A stretch of DNA of 64,000 bases, from assembly GCA_039798785.1 (NCBI GenBank), contig JBDKFG010000014.1:4207-68206 (forward strand), in the 5' to 3' direction. How positions within the stretch are numbered: the stretch's first letter is position 1; each line of letters begins with the position of its first letter. Shown piece by piece: positions 30,294 through 39,105 of this stretch. The DNA is from Verrucomicrobiota bacterium. Its GTDB lineage: Bacteria > Verrucomicrobiota > Lentisphaeria > Lentisphaerales > Lentisphaeraceae. The notes beneath the pieces are model-generated. The model had not been told where the DNA came from and made no database searches. It saw only the letters and a program-made list of their open reading frames with translations. The position numbers and the translations under genes are program-made.

Positions 30294-31159
30294 GGGCGCT
30301 CCGTTTTGCTGAAGGCCATCAGCAGGTTGTCGGTGGGATCCTTGTCCTGGGCAAGGCGGAAACCGAGATCCTTGAAGCCCTGCTTCTCGATCATTTCGGC
30401 CCATTCGGCGGCGGGACGGAAGCGGCGGAATTCCTGTTCGTTGACGGCCCAAGGAACATCCAGACCGAGGTTGAAGACGGTGTGAACCAGGGAGACGAAG
30501 TCATGCATTTGCGGCGTCCGCACATCGTGGTCGCGGAGGATGAAGAGCCCGCCCGGCCGGAGGCTGCGGCGGATCGACTGCAGGAAGGCGTCGAGGCGAT
30601 CGAGCGGACAGTGATGCAGGCCGATGTAGCAGGTGACGACATCGAGGCTGGCGGGAGCGATCCCATGGCCATCAAGCGGCAGATAGTCAAGCGGGATGAA
30701 TTCCCCCAGCTTGCCGAACTGGCCGCGCTCCATGATGTCGCCGGGGCCATTGCCGGGGGCGATGTCGTTGCACAGCAGCAGTCGGCCGGTGACCGCGACT
30801 TTTTTGCGCAGGACGCTGATGTAGCGGCCGGTGCTGCCGATCTCGAGGTAGCCGTTGATCATCTTGCGCTCGCCAAGGATCTTCAAGGTCTGGCCCGAGA
30901 TCACGGCCTTCTGCTTTTTCAGGGCCGGCAGGCCGTAGGTCAAGGGCTGCAGGAAGGGCTTGATCTGCGGCAGTTTCGCCTGCACCTGCTGATACACCGC
31001 CTGGTCGGTGTCGTGCTGCACCGAGACTTCGCTGAGGAGACGGTGGAACTTGTCCTCCGGAAAGAGGTGGAAGATGTTTTGCAGGAAGAGATAGAAGGCG
31101 TCGCTCTGCTTGACGTCGCCAAAGACCTGGCGGAACTCACGGGTGACTTGCGTATTCAT
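30290..31159 (-). CDS. class I SAM-dependent methyltransferase
   Basis: Rossmann-type motif I-like YLEIGSTG. VVTCYIGLHHCP...LRPGGLFILRDHD is typical of Methyltransf_11/23-like proteins. Start ATG 31159 overlaps the upstream stop (TGATG). Confidence 0.7.
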   Translation of the reverse strand: MNTQVTREFRQVFGDVKQSDAFYLFLQNIFHLFPEDKFHRLLSEVSVQHDTDQAVYQQVQAKLPQIKPFLQPLTYGLPALKKQKAVISGQTLKILGERKMINGYLEIGSTGRYISVLRKKVAVTGRLLLCNDIAPGNGPGDIMERGQFGKLGEFIPLDYLPLDGHGIAPASLDVVTCYIGLHHCPLDRLDAFLQSIRRSLRPGGLFILRDHDVRTPQMHDFVSLVHTVFNLGLDVPWAVNEQEFRRFRPAAEWAEMIEKQGFKDLGFRLAQDKDPTDNLLMAFSKTERP

Positions 31160-32874
31160 CAGACTTTCTCCTGGCTGTAGTATTTGTTCCAAAGGGCGTT
31201 GCGGAAGCGGAAATGGGGATCGTAGCGGCGTTTCAGAGCGAAGAGCTCGCGAGCCCGGGGATAGGCGGCGTGAAACTGCTCCGGCGTCGCATGGGGTTCG
31301 TAAGGCAGATAGTAGCGACCTCCCTCAGCCAAAGCCGCGTCAATCAATTCGCGGGTCCAGACTCCGACGCGACCGCGTTCGGCGGCGTGGACCTCCTGCT
31401 TGTAGTACATGACGAAGGCGAAGACCTCTTCCGGCGCCCAGGCGAGAAGCGAGCCGGGATCGGCGACGGCATGGCGGATCGAGATGTTCATGGTGTTGAC
31501 GCCGTGGCGCTGGAGGATCTCGCGCAAGCGGACGGTGAAGGCCTCGAAGCGATCGACCGGGATGAAATACTCCTGCAGCACATAGGTCGACTTCTGCCGC
31601 GAGCGGGGTTCGAGCTCAGCCACGTCGTAGCTCGCCTCGTAATTGCGCCAGTGCACCTTCTGCTTGAAATGGAGCAGCGGGTCGATGATGAACTCGCGAC
31701 GCCACTTGCCGAAAGGCGTCTCCGAGATCGCCCAGAGGAGATAGCGCTCGAGCGGGAATGACGAGCGCAGCGGCACAGTCTTCTCCGGCACGGTGACCGG
31801 CTTGTCGGTCTCCTCCCAGGTCTGCGAACGCATGCGGGTGTAGAGCGGCGGATAGAGGTCGGCATTGTGGAAGACCGCCTTGGGATTGTCGCGCACCGCA
31901 CTGCGGAAGAAAGCCAGGTAGTCCGGCACTTCAAGCTTGCGGCTGACCAGGCCGACGCGGCTGTTGGCGACCACGTCAAGCTCGGCTTCGACGATGATGC
32001 CGAGGGCGTTGTAGCCGCCGATATTGCCGTAGAAAAGCTCGGCATTGTCGCTCGGCGACGCGTCCTTGACGCTGCCGTCGGCGAGAACCAGACGGATCGA
32101 ACGCACCGACAGGATCACCGGACCGAGCCCCATGTAACGGCCGTGAGCATTGACGCTGAGGGTGCCGCCGACGGTGAAATTGGCATAGCTCTGCATGATC
32201 TTGACAGCACAGCCGTGGGGATCGAGGAAGCGTTGCAGGTCGCACCAGCGCACCCCGGCCTGAACCCTGACGCGCCGCTCAGACGGCGAAAACTGGAGGA
32301 TTTGATTGAAGCCGCGCAGGTCGAAATGGACGCTGCCGGGGCTGGCGGTCTGACCTCCCATGCTGAAGTGTCCGCCGCCCACTGAGACCGGCCCCTCGCT
32401 CTCCCCCAGCATCCGCGAGATCTCGTCGACGCTGACCGGCTTGAGCACCTTCAGAACCTCGACCGGATTGAGGCCGGTGACATCGTTGACGATGGTGGTG
32501 CTTCCCTGTCTGTTGGTGTCGACCACCAGATAGTCGAGCTCCTGGCGATCCGGCAGAGCACCGTAGCGATTGTCGCTTTGTTTGCCCTTGCGCAGATACA
32601 GAGTGCCGATCACCCAGGCCGGGCCAAGCAGGGGAATGGCAAGCAGAAGCAGCCACCACACCGAGCGCCCGAGATCGTGATAACGCTTCTTCGCCAGGAC
32701 GAAGAGCGACCAGAGGAAAGGCGGATACAAGATCCAAGTGGCCTTCCAGCCGGCGAGATCGTCGATCAAGACGAATCCGACGACAAACACCGAAATCACC
32801 AGCAAGCTGGCGTACCAGAAGTCAGCTCGACTGACTCGGCCGCTAATCGAAAAAAGAAGTTTGAGCAGGGGCAT
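31159..32874 (-). CDS. DUF805-type membrane domain fused to a PCMH-type FAD-binding oxidase
   Basis: N-terminus GRVSRADFWY...KKRYHDLGRSVWWLLLLAIPLLG (DUF805 pattern, ~3 TM helices). Then an FAD_binding_4-like region (PVSVDEISRML....PVSVGGGHFSMGGQ...RVQAGVRWCDL) and an oxidase C-terminal domain. Confidence 0.75.
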   Translation of the reverse strand: MPLLKLLFSISGRVSRADFWYASLLVISVFVVGFVLIDDLAGWKATWILYPPFLWSLFVLAKKRYHDLGRSVWWLLLLAIPLLGPAWVIGTLYLRKGKQSDNRYGALPDRQELDYLVVDTNRQGSTTIVNDVTGLNPVEVLKVLKPVSVDEISRMLGESEGPVSVGGGHFSMGGQTASPGSVHFDLRGFNQILQFSPSERRVRVQAGVRWCDLQRFLDPHGCAVKIMQSYANFTVGGTLSVNAHGRYMGLGPVILSVRSIRLVLADGSVKDASPSDNAELFYGNIGGYNALGIIVEAELDVVANSRVGLVSRKLEVPDYLAFFRSAVRDNPKAVFHNADLYPPLYTRMRSQTWEETDKPVTVPEKTVPLRSSFPLERYLLWAISETPFGKWRREFIIDPLLHFKQKVHWRNYEASYDVAELEPRSRQKSTYVLQEYFIPVDRFEAFTVRLREILQRHGVNTMNISIRHAVADPGSLLAWAPEEVFAFVMYYKQEVHAAERGRVGVWTRELIDAALAEGGRYYLPYEPHATPEQFHAAYPRARELFALKRRYDPHFRFRNALWNKYYSQEKV

Positions 32875-33078
32875 CGTGACTCTCCGAGTTGCTTTGAGGA
32901 TGCTGCATACTACTCCCGATGCGACTCAAACTAAAATTGATGAAATCAATGACTAAATTTCTTTTAATCGATAAAATCTATAAATTGAAGCTGAATGAAG
33001 ACACGAATTCGCCCTCTCGCGCCCTTTGTTTTTTCCCGCCTTGGATGTCTCGTCGGCAAAACCCCCAAGGACTCAGCC

Positions 33079-33369
33079 ATGCTCGAACTCAAAGCCGCCA
33101 CCCGCCTCCGCATCAGCGACAGCCCGATCAAAGGCGTCATCTTCCTCTGCGGCTACCAGGGCCGCGGCGTCGCCCTCTGCCTTTGCGGCTCCCGCAACAG
33201 CCCGGTCTTCGTCTTCGATGACGAGGCCAGCGCTTATCACGCCGCCCGCGATTGGTTCGGCGACCAGAACGACGGCTTCATCGAAACTGAAAAGATCGAC
33301 CTCGCCGCCAAGCCGCCGGAATTGCAGCGCTTCTCCGAGTCGCTCCCCCTCATCCTCGCCGCCCTCTGA
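33079..33369 (+). CDS. small hypothetical protein (96 aa)
   Basis: AAGGA RBS before ATG 33079. Immediately precedes acyP. No family recognised. Confidence 0.5.
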   Translation: MLELKAATRLRISDSPIKGVIFLCGYQGRGVALCLCGSRNSPVFVFDDEASAYHAARDWFGDQNDGFIETEKIDLAAKPPELQRFSESLPLILAAL

Positions 33370-33373
33370 AATC

Positions 33374-33649
33374 ATGATCGAACGCCGCCACTACCTCATC
33401 CGCGGACGAGTCCAAGGCGTCGGCTACCGAGCCTTCGCCGAACGCAGCGGCCAACACCTCGGCCTCCACGGATGGGTCCGCAACCTCGCTGATGGCGGCG
33501 TCGAAGCCGAAGCCCAAGGTCAACCCGACGCCCTCGCCGCCTTCGAAGATTTGCTCCGCCAGGGACCGCCGCTCGGACGAGTCCGCGAACTCGTCATCGA
33601 AACCATCGGCCTGCAAGCCGCTGAAACGGGCTTCGCCATCGCTTATTGA
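33374..33649 (+). CDS. acyP: acylphosphatase
   Basis: IRGRVQGVGYRAF....LGLHGWVRNLADGGVEAEAQG matches the acylphosphatase signature pattern. 91 aa. Confidence 0.88.
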   Translation: MIERRHYLIRGRVQGVGYRAFAERSGQHLGLHGWVRNLADGGVEAEAQGQPDALAAFEDLLRQGPPLGRVRELVIETIGLQAAETGFAIAY

Positions 33650-33711
33650 TCCGGGCACAAAGCCTGCGTTGGTGACCTCGACAATCATCGAAATCGATCA
33701 AGGAGAGCGCC

Positions 33712-34713
33712 ATGGATCAGACCCTCGTCATCGCCGAAATCGGCGTCAATCACAACGGCGACATGGTTCTCGCCCGCGACATGCTCGCCGCCGCCGCCGC
33801 CGCCGGAGCCGACGTGGTCAAGTTCCAGACCTACAAGGCGGAAGAGGTGATGACCGACAAGACGCCTCTCGCCGGCTACATGAAAGGCGGTGAAAAGAAC
33901 TTCCTCGAACTCGCCCGCCGCCTCGAACTCTCCTTCGAACAGACCCTCGAGCTGAAGGCCTATGCCGATCGCCTCGGGGTCGAATTCCTCTCCTCGCCCT
34001 TCGATGTGCCGTCCTGCCGCTTCCTCGGCACCATCGGGATGAAACGCCTGAAAATCCCCTCCGGCGAAACCGTCAACCCCCTCCTCCTCAAAGCCGCCGC
34101 CGCCACCAAGCTGCCGCTCATCGTCTCCACCGGCATGTGCGACCTCGCCGAAGTCAAACGATCGCTCGACTTCCTCCGCCGCCACGACTCCGCCCCCGTC
34201 ACCCTGCTCCATTGCACCACCCAATACCCCGCCGAACCCAGCCTCAGCAACCTCCGCGCCATGGCCACCCTGGCCCGCGAATGCGGCGTCCCGGTCGGCT
34301 ACTCCGACCACACCCCGGGCATCGAAATCTCGCTCGCCGCCACCGCCCTCGGCGCCACCGTCATCGAGAAGCATTTTACCATCGACAAAAAGCTCCCCGG
34401 CCCCGACCAGGCCGCCTCGCTCGAACCCGATGAACTCCGCGCCCTCTGCCTCGGCGTCCGCTCGATCAACAGCGCCCTCGGCAACGGCCTCAAAAAACCC
34501 TTCCCGATCGAACTCGAAGTCGCCAAGGTCGCCCGCAAATCCCTCGTCGCCGCCGGCCCTCTCCCCGCCGGCACCGTCCTCCGCGAAGAACACCTCGGCG
34601 CCAAACGCCCCGGCACCGGCATCCCCGCCATGGAACTCGAATCCCTCCTCGGCCGCCGCCTCAAACGCAGCCTCGCCCCCGATGACATGATCTCCTGGGA
34701 CGACCTTGCCTGA
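33712..34713 (+). CDS. neuB: N-acetylneuraminate (sialic-acid-type nonulosonate) synthase, NeuB family with SAF domain
   Basis: IAEIGVNHNGD, DVVKFQTY, LSSPFD, KIPSGE, STGM, LLHCTTQYPA, GYSDHT, IEKHFT, plus a C-terminal SAF/antifreeze-like domain. Confidence 0.9.
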   Translation: MDQTLVIAEIGVNHNGDMVLARDMLAAAAAAGADVVKFQTYKAEEVMTDKTPLAGYMKGGEKNFLELARRLELSFEQTLELKAYADRLGVEFLSSPFDVPSCRFLGTIGMKRLKIPSGETVNPLLLKAAAATKLPLIVSTGMCDLAEVKRSLDFLRRHDSAPVTLLHCTTQYPAEPSLSNLRAMATLARECGVPVGYSDHTPGIEISLAATALGATVIEKHFTIDKKLPGPDQAASLEPDELRALCLGVRSINSALGNGLKKPFPIELEVAKVARKSLVAAGPLPAGTVLREEHLGAKRPGTGIPAMELESLLGRRLKRSLAPDDMISWDDLA

Positions 34714-34717
34714 GCTC

Positions 34718-34759
34718 AATTCTTAATTCTTAACTCTTAATTCTTAATTCTTAATTCAC
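34718..34759. repeat. tandem heptamer array (AATTCTT-like, ~6 units) filling the neuB-neuC spacer
   Basis: AATTCTT AATTCTT AACTCTT AATTCTT AATTCTT AATTCAC, read directly. Extremely AT-rich for this genome. Ends 1 nt before the neuC ATG. Confidence 0.95.
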
Positions 34760-34760
34760 C

Positions 34761-35882
34761 ATGCTTCTCGCCTCCCTCACCATCGCCCGCTCCGACTTCG
34801 GCCGGATGGCGCCGTTTTACCAGCGACTGGCCGCCGATCCGCGCTTCGAGCTGCGGCTCGCGCTCGGGGCGGGGCATTGGGATGAAAAACTCGGACGCAG
34901 CGGCGACGAAGTGGAGAAGAGCGGCATCGCCATCGATTGGCGCCTGCCGCATGGCGGCAAGTCGCCGAGCCAACAGGCCGCCATCGTCCTCAGCGGCGTC
35001 GGTGAATGGCTCGAAGCGCGACGTCCTGACGCCTTGCTCCTCCTTGGCGACCGCTTCGAAATGCTCGCCGCCACCCAGGCCGCGACCCTGGCTAGGGTTC
35101 CGGTCATCCACGTCGGCGGCGGCCACCTCACACTCGGGGCCATCGACGAACGCATCCGCCACGCGATCAGCAAACTCGCCGCCGTCCACCTGGTCGCCAG
35201 CGACACCTGCGCCCAGCGTGTTGCCGACCTGCATGAAGATCGCTCGCGCATCTTCGTCACCGGCGCCCCCGAGCTCGAAGCCCTTCGCCTGCTGCCCGAA
35301 ATCAGCCGCGCCGAATTCTTCCGCCGCAGCGGCTTTCCGGAAGGCGATTTCCTCCTCGCCACCATCCACCCGGAAACCCAGGTCGACGCCGCCACCAACC
35401 TGCGATATGCCGACGAAGTGCGCGCCTTCGTCAAACACTCGCCGCTGCCGATCCTGATCACCGCTCCCTGCCTCGACCCCGGCCACGAAGCCTTCCTCGA
35501 ACTCGCCGCCGCCGTGCCCGAGCTTCGCCCCGGCAGCCGCTTCATCCCCAACCTCGGGATGGAGCTCTTCGTCGCCGCTATGCGCCATGCCAAAGCCCTC
35601 ATCGGCAACTCCTCCTCCGGCATCATCGAGTCCGCCTCCTGCCGCCTCCCGGCGCTCAACCTCGGCGAGCGCCAAAAAGGGCGCGATCGCGCCAGCAACG
35701 TCATCGACGCACCCTTCCAGCGACAAGCCATCGAAGAAGGGCTGAAAAGGCTGTTAGACCCGGCTTTCCGAAGCCACTGCCAATCCCTGATCAATCCCTA
35801 TGGCGACGGCTTCTTCAGCGACCGCGCTCTGCCGCTTCTCAGCGCCCTGCCTCTGCCGCTCGGCATCGACAAAAACTGGTGA
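34761..35882 (+). CDS. neuC: UDP-N-acetylglucosamine 2-epimerase (hydrolysing), NeuC-like
   Basis: Epimerase_2 pattern (TIARSDFG.., LLLGDRFE, PVIHVGGG, GNSSSGIIE). Adjacent to neuB. Confidence 0.85.
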   Translation: MLLASLTIARSDFGRMAPFYQRLAADPRFELRLALGAGHWDEKLGRSGDEVEKSGIAIDWRLPHGGKSPSQQAAIVLSGVGEWLEARRPDALLLLGDRFEMLAATQAATLARVPVIHVGGGHLTLGAIDERIRHAISKLAAVHLVASDTCAQRVADLHEDRSRIFVTGAPELEALRLLPEISRAEFFRRSGFPEGDFLLATIHPETQVDAATNLRYADEVRAFVKHSPLPILITAPCLDPGHEAFLELAAAVPELRPGSRFIPNLGMELFVAAMRHAKALIGNSSSGIIESASCRLPALNLGERQKGRDRASNVIDAPFQRQAIEEGLKRLLDPAFRSHCQSLINPYGDGFFSDRALPLLSALPLPLGIDKNW

Positions 35883-35917
35883 ATGAAGCGCCAAAGGCTC
35901 CAGTCACTAACTTGATC

Positions 35918-37402
35918 TCAAGCCTCGCCGCATCTGCCAGAGCTGAAATCCGAGCTCAGTCGGAGCTTGCGCCGGATCCGGCTTGAAAGCAGGTCGATGC
36001 CTAGGGTGGTGAAGCCGGCGAGGAGGATGAGCAGGGCGGCGCGATCGGGGCGATCGAGAGCGATGTTGTGCTGGATGTAGAAGCCAACGGTACCGACCCC
36101 GAGAACCCCGAGGATGGCGGATTCGCGCAGCATCGTCTCCCATCGGTAGAAGAGGAAGGCGAGGATCTGTCCGTAGATGCGCGGCAGCAGGTCATAGACA
36201 TAGCGGTCGAGGGCGCGGCGGGCGGCGTTGCGCGGCTCCAATGCGGCGCTGGCGTTGGCCATGATGTGGGCCAGCAGGCCGGCGTTGTGGCCGCTGACGG
36301 TGAGGATCGCCGGCAGCATCGAGGGCCCCAGGCAGATCATCAGCAGGAAGGCGAGAATGTATTCCGGGATGCAGCGCATCAGCAAGAAGAGGCTCTTGGC
36401 GAAGAAACGCAGCGGCCGCGGCGCGGTCTGAGGCAAGGCCAGAGGCAAGAGGATCACCACCAGCAGGCCGCAGAGGACGAGGGAGACCTGGGTGACCAGC
36501 AAGGCATTGGCAATTCCTGGTGCTGCTTCCGCAAAAAGCACCTGCTTGAGCCAGGGCCCCATCGCCGTCCACTCGCCGCGCTGCAAGGGAAGCGGCACCA
36601 GCTCGCCGAGGAAGCGGGTCAAATTGCTCCACGACAGCGACGAGCTCCAGTCGATCCATAGAAAGGCGGCGACAATCCACAGGGGGATCAGATTCGGACG
36701 GATCCACAGGCGATGTGTGGCGACGAGAGCCAGCAGCAGGTAGAAGAGCGCCGCGGCGGCGGCGTATTCGCTGTCGCCGAAGGCGTCCTTGAGATGGTAG
36801 CCGAGGGTGGGGATGCCGACGAAGCCGAGCACCACCGAGGCGCGCAGGGCGCATTCGAAACGGTAGGCGGTGTAGGCGCGTCCGGCGTTCCACGCCATCG
36901 GCAACAGGACGTAGAAGATCCGCCCCGGCCCTGATTGCATGGGCAGGCTCTGCAGGGGCCTGGTGTCGGCTTCTTCGAGAATCTCGCTGTAGACCTTGGC
37001 GAAGATGGCGGTGAAAGGCAGGGCGATGGCGAAGAGTGCGCAGACCTGGCTGGTGCTGCCGAGGAGAGGTCCGAGAAGAAGGACCCAGAAGAGCTCGTGG
37101 ACCGAGCGGATCAAGGCCAGGGGGGCACGCACCCAGGGGCGATGGTAATGGAAAGCGAGAAGCAGGCCGGCGAGAGCGCCGAGAGCGGTGGCGGCAAAGG
37201 CGAAAGCGAGGGTGTGCGCGAGGCCGCGGAGAATCGCCGGATCGGGACGGCCGTCATGCCAGAGAAGGCTCCAGTCAGGATGAAGCAGGCCGTCGCCAAC
37301 GCGCGCCAGCATCGCGGCCGGATCGGTATGGCCGAGCTCGAGATCGCAGCAGCAAAGCGCGGCGATCGCAACGGCGGCGAAGATCAGGGAGGCGCGGAGC
37401 AT
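35918..37402 (-). CDS. phnE: phosphonate-type ABC transporter permease, duplicated (two PhnE-like modules in one polypeptide)
   Basis: Two copies of the PhnE-like C-terminal motif (RASVVLGFVGIPTLGYHL and RESAILGVLGVGTVGFYI). ~12 TM helices. Abuts phnC. Confidence 0.8.
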   Translation of the reverse strand: MLRASLIFAAVAIAALCCCDLELGHTDPAAMLARVGDGLLHPDWSLLWHDGRPDPAILRGLAHTLAFAFAATALGALAGLLLAFHYHRPWVRAPLALIRSVHELFWVLLLGPLLGSTSQVCALFAIALPFTAIFAKVYSEILEEADTRPLQSLPMQSGPGRIFYVLLPMAWNAGRAYTAYRFECALRASVVLGFVGIPTLGYHLKDAFGDSEYAAAAALFYLLLALVATHRLWIRPNLIPLWIVAAFLWIDWSSSLSWSNLTRFLGELVPLPLQRGEWTAMGPWLKQVLFAEAAPGIANALLVTQVSLVLCGLLVVILLPLALPQTAPRPLRFFAKSLFLLMRCIPEYILAFLLMICLGPSMLPAILTVSGHNAGLLAHIMANASAALEPRNAARRALDRYVYDLLPRIYGQILAFLFYRWETMLRESAILGVLGVGTVGFYIQHNIALDRPDRAALLILLAGFTTLGIDLLSSRIRRKLRLSSDFSSGRCGEA

Positions 37403-38053
37403 TTATTCCGGCCGGTAGAGTTCGATCAAGGCGGCGTCGCCGACTTGGCTGGCGGGAAGGTCGAAGAAGAGTTGGCCGTGGCGCAGGGCGATCAGGCGGC
37501 TGGCGTGGCGGCGGGCGAGTTCGACCGAGTGGAGCGACACGAGCAGGGTCGCCGAGCTCGCAAAAAGACGCTGGAGGCAGATCTCGGCCAAGGCGGGGTC
37601 GAGAGCGCTCACCGGTTCGTCGGCGAGGATCAGCGGCGCCGCTCGATGCAAGGCGCGGGCGAGAGCGACGCGCTGCTGCTGGCCCCCGGAGAGTTCGCCG
37701 ACGCGACTGCGGATCTTGTCTTCCAGCCTCAAATCCTTCAGCAAGTAGCTGATCTCGGCGAGGTCCTGGGGATGCGGCCAGACCAGATTGCGCAGGTTGC
37801 GCCAGAGAGAGTGTCGATCAAGCCTGGCGGCGTGGACGTTAGCGAAGGAGGAGAGCGGGGGCACGAGAGCCAGGTCCTGCGGCATCCAGGCGGCCTCGGG
37901 AAATTGCTTAGCCAGATGGCGCAGAAGGGTCGACTTGCCGGCTCCGGAAGGGCCGATCAGGCCGATCTTCTCACCCGGGGCGACAGACAGCGAAAGCTCC
38001 CGGATCACCGGGAGCTCGCCGTAGCTGAGATTGAGTTGATCGAGGCGGATCAT
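37403..38053 (-). CDS. phnC: ABC transporter ATP-binding protein (PhnC-like)
   Basis: Walker A GPSGAGKST, signature LSGGQQQRVALARAL, Walker B ILADEPVSALD. Confidence 0.88.
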   Translation of the reverse strand: MIRLDQLNLSYGELPVIRELSLSVAPGEKIGLIGPSGAGKSTLLRHLAKQFPEAAWMPQDLALVPPLSSFANVHAARLDRHSLWRNLRNLVWPHPQDLAEISYLLKDLRLEDKIRSRVGELSGGQQQRVALARALHRAAPLILADEPVSALDPALAEICLQRLFASSATLLVSLHSVELARRHASRLIALRHGQLFFDLPASQVGDAALIELYRPE

Positions 38054-38101
38054 GGGAAGCGGGAGACCGGACCGGAAGGATGCCTGCGGCCCGGGGTCCC
38101 G

Positions 38102-39019
38102 TCACTTATCCATCAGGCCGAGACCTTCCGCGGTGCTGCGGATGCTCTCATAGTCCTCGTTCCGGGCCGGGATGAAGCCCGAGCGCTTGAGCTTGCCGAG
38201 CAGCTCGGGATCCTTCAGCGAGATGAGAATTTTGGTCAGCTTGTCGGTGGTTCCGGCGCCGAAGTCCTGGTCGAGCTCGGGGTGCACGGTCCAGTTGTAG
38301 TCGACATAGCTCGGCGACGTCCAGATCCTCTTGACCTTGCTGGCGTCAGCCTTGCCTTCCTTGACCCATTTGTCCCAGTTCTTGAAGTTGACCGCGCCGA
38401 CTTCATAGGCGCCGGACATGACGGCTTCGATGGTCTTGTCATGGCTGCCGGAGAAGCCGACCTTGGGGAAGAGATCGGCTGGCTTCTTGCCGAGGTGCCT
38501 GGAGATGAAGAATTCGGGCATCAGCCGACCGGAGGTGGAGGACTCGGCGCCGAAGGTGAAGCTCTTGCCGGCGATGGCAACGGGGAACTCGGCGCTTTCG
38601 CTCAGGCCGGTGGAGCTGTTGGCGATGAGATAGGTCTTGAAGGCGGCGTCCTCGACGCCCTGGGCTATGGCGCGGGCGCCGGGGACGCGCTTGACGCATT
38701 GGACATGAGTCAGGCCGCCGAACCAGGCGAGGTGGCATTCCTTGTTCTTGAGCGCCGAAACCGAGGCGGCATAGTCGTTGACCGGAGCATATTCGACCTT
38801 GATGCCGAGCTCGGCGGAAAGGGTTTTGGCCAACGCCTCGAAGCCGTCTTTCATGTCCTTGGAGCTGGAATCGGGGATGGCGGTGAACTTAAGGATCTTG
38901 GCGACGGCGGGCGGCGGCGTGCCAGCGGCGCTCTGGGCGGGCTCTTCGGCTTTTTTGCAGCCGAGGGCGATGGAGACGAGGGAGACGAGGACGGCGGCGA
39001 AACGTTTTCGGATGTTCAT
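38102..39019 (-). CDS. phnD: phosphonate/phosphite-type ABC substrate-binding lipoprotein (PhnD-like)
   Basis: Lipobox IALGC. PhnD pattern (FTAIPD..., YAASVSALKNKECHLAWFGG, FTFGAESSTSG). AAGGAAA RBS before ATG 39019. Confidence 0.8.
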   Translation of the reverse strand: MNIRKRFAAVLVSLVSIALGCKKAEEPAQSAAGTPPPAVAKILKFTAIPDSSSKDMKDGFEALAKTLSAELGIKVEYAPVNDYAASVSALKNKECHLAWFGGLTHVQCVKRVPGARAIAQGVEDAAFKTYLIANSSTGLSESAEFPVAIAGKSFTFGAESSTSGRLMPEFFISRHLGKKPADLFPKVGFSGSHDKTIEAVMSGAYEVGAVNFKNWDKWVKEGKADASKVKRIWTSPSYVDYNWTVHPELDQDFGAGTTDKLTKILISLKDPELLGKLKRSGFIPARNEDYESIRSTAEGLGLMDK

Positions 39020-39074
39020 GACAGGATTTCCTTGGTGATTGTTTTTAGGAGTGAAGGGCTTGAACTTGCAGGTC

Positions 39075-39089
39075 TTTGCCAACTTGGCA
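39075..39089. promoter_or_regulatory. perfect 15-bp palindrome TTGCCAA-C-TTGGCAA upstream of phnD
   Basis: Read directly. Lies ~55-70 nt upstream of the phnD start and just downstream of the selU stop. Operator-like 7-1-7 geometry. Confidence 0.35.
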
Positions 39090-39105
39090 AGCGGAGGTCG
39101 CAAGG

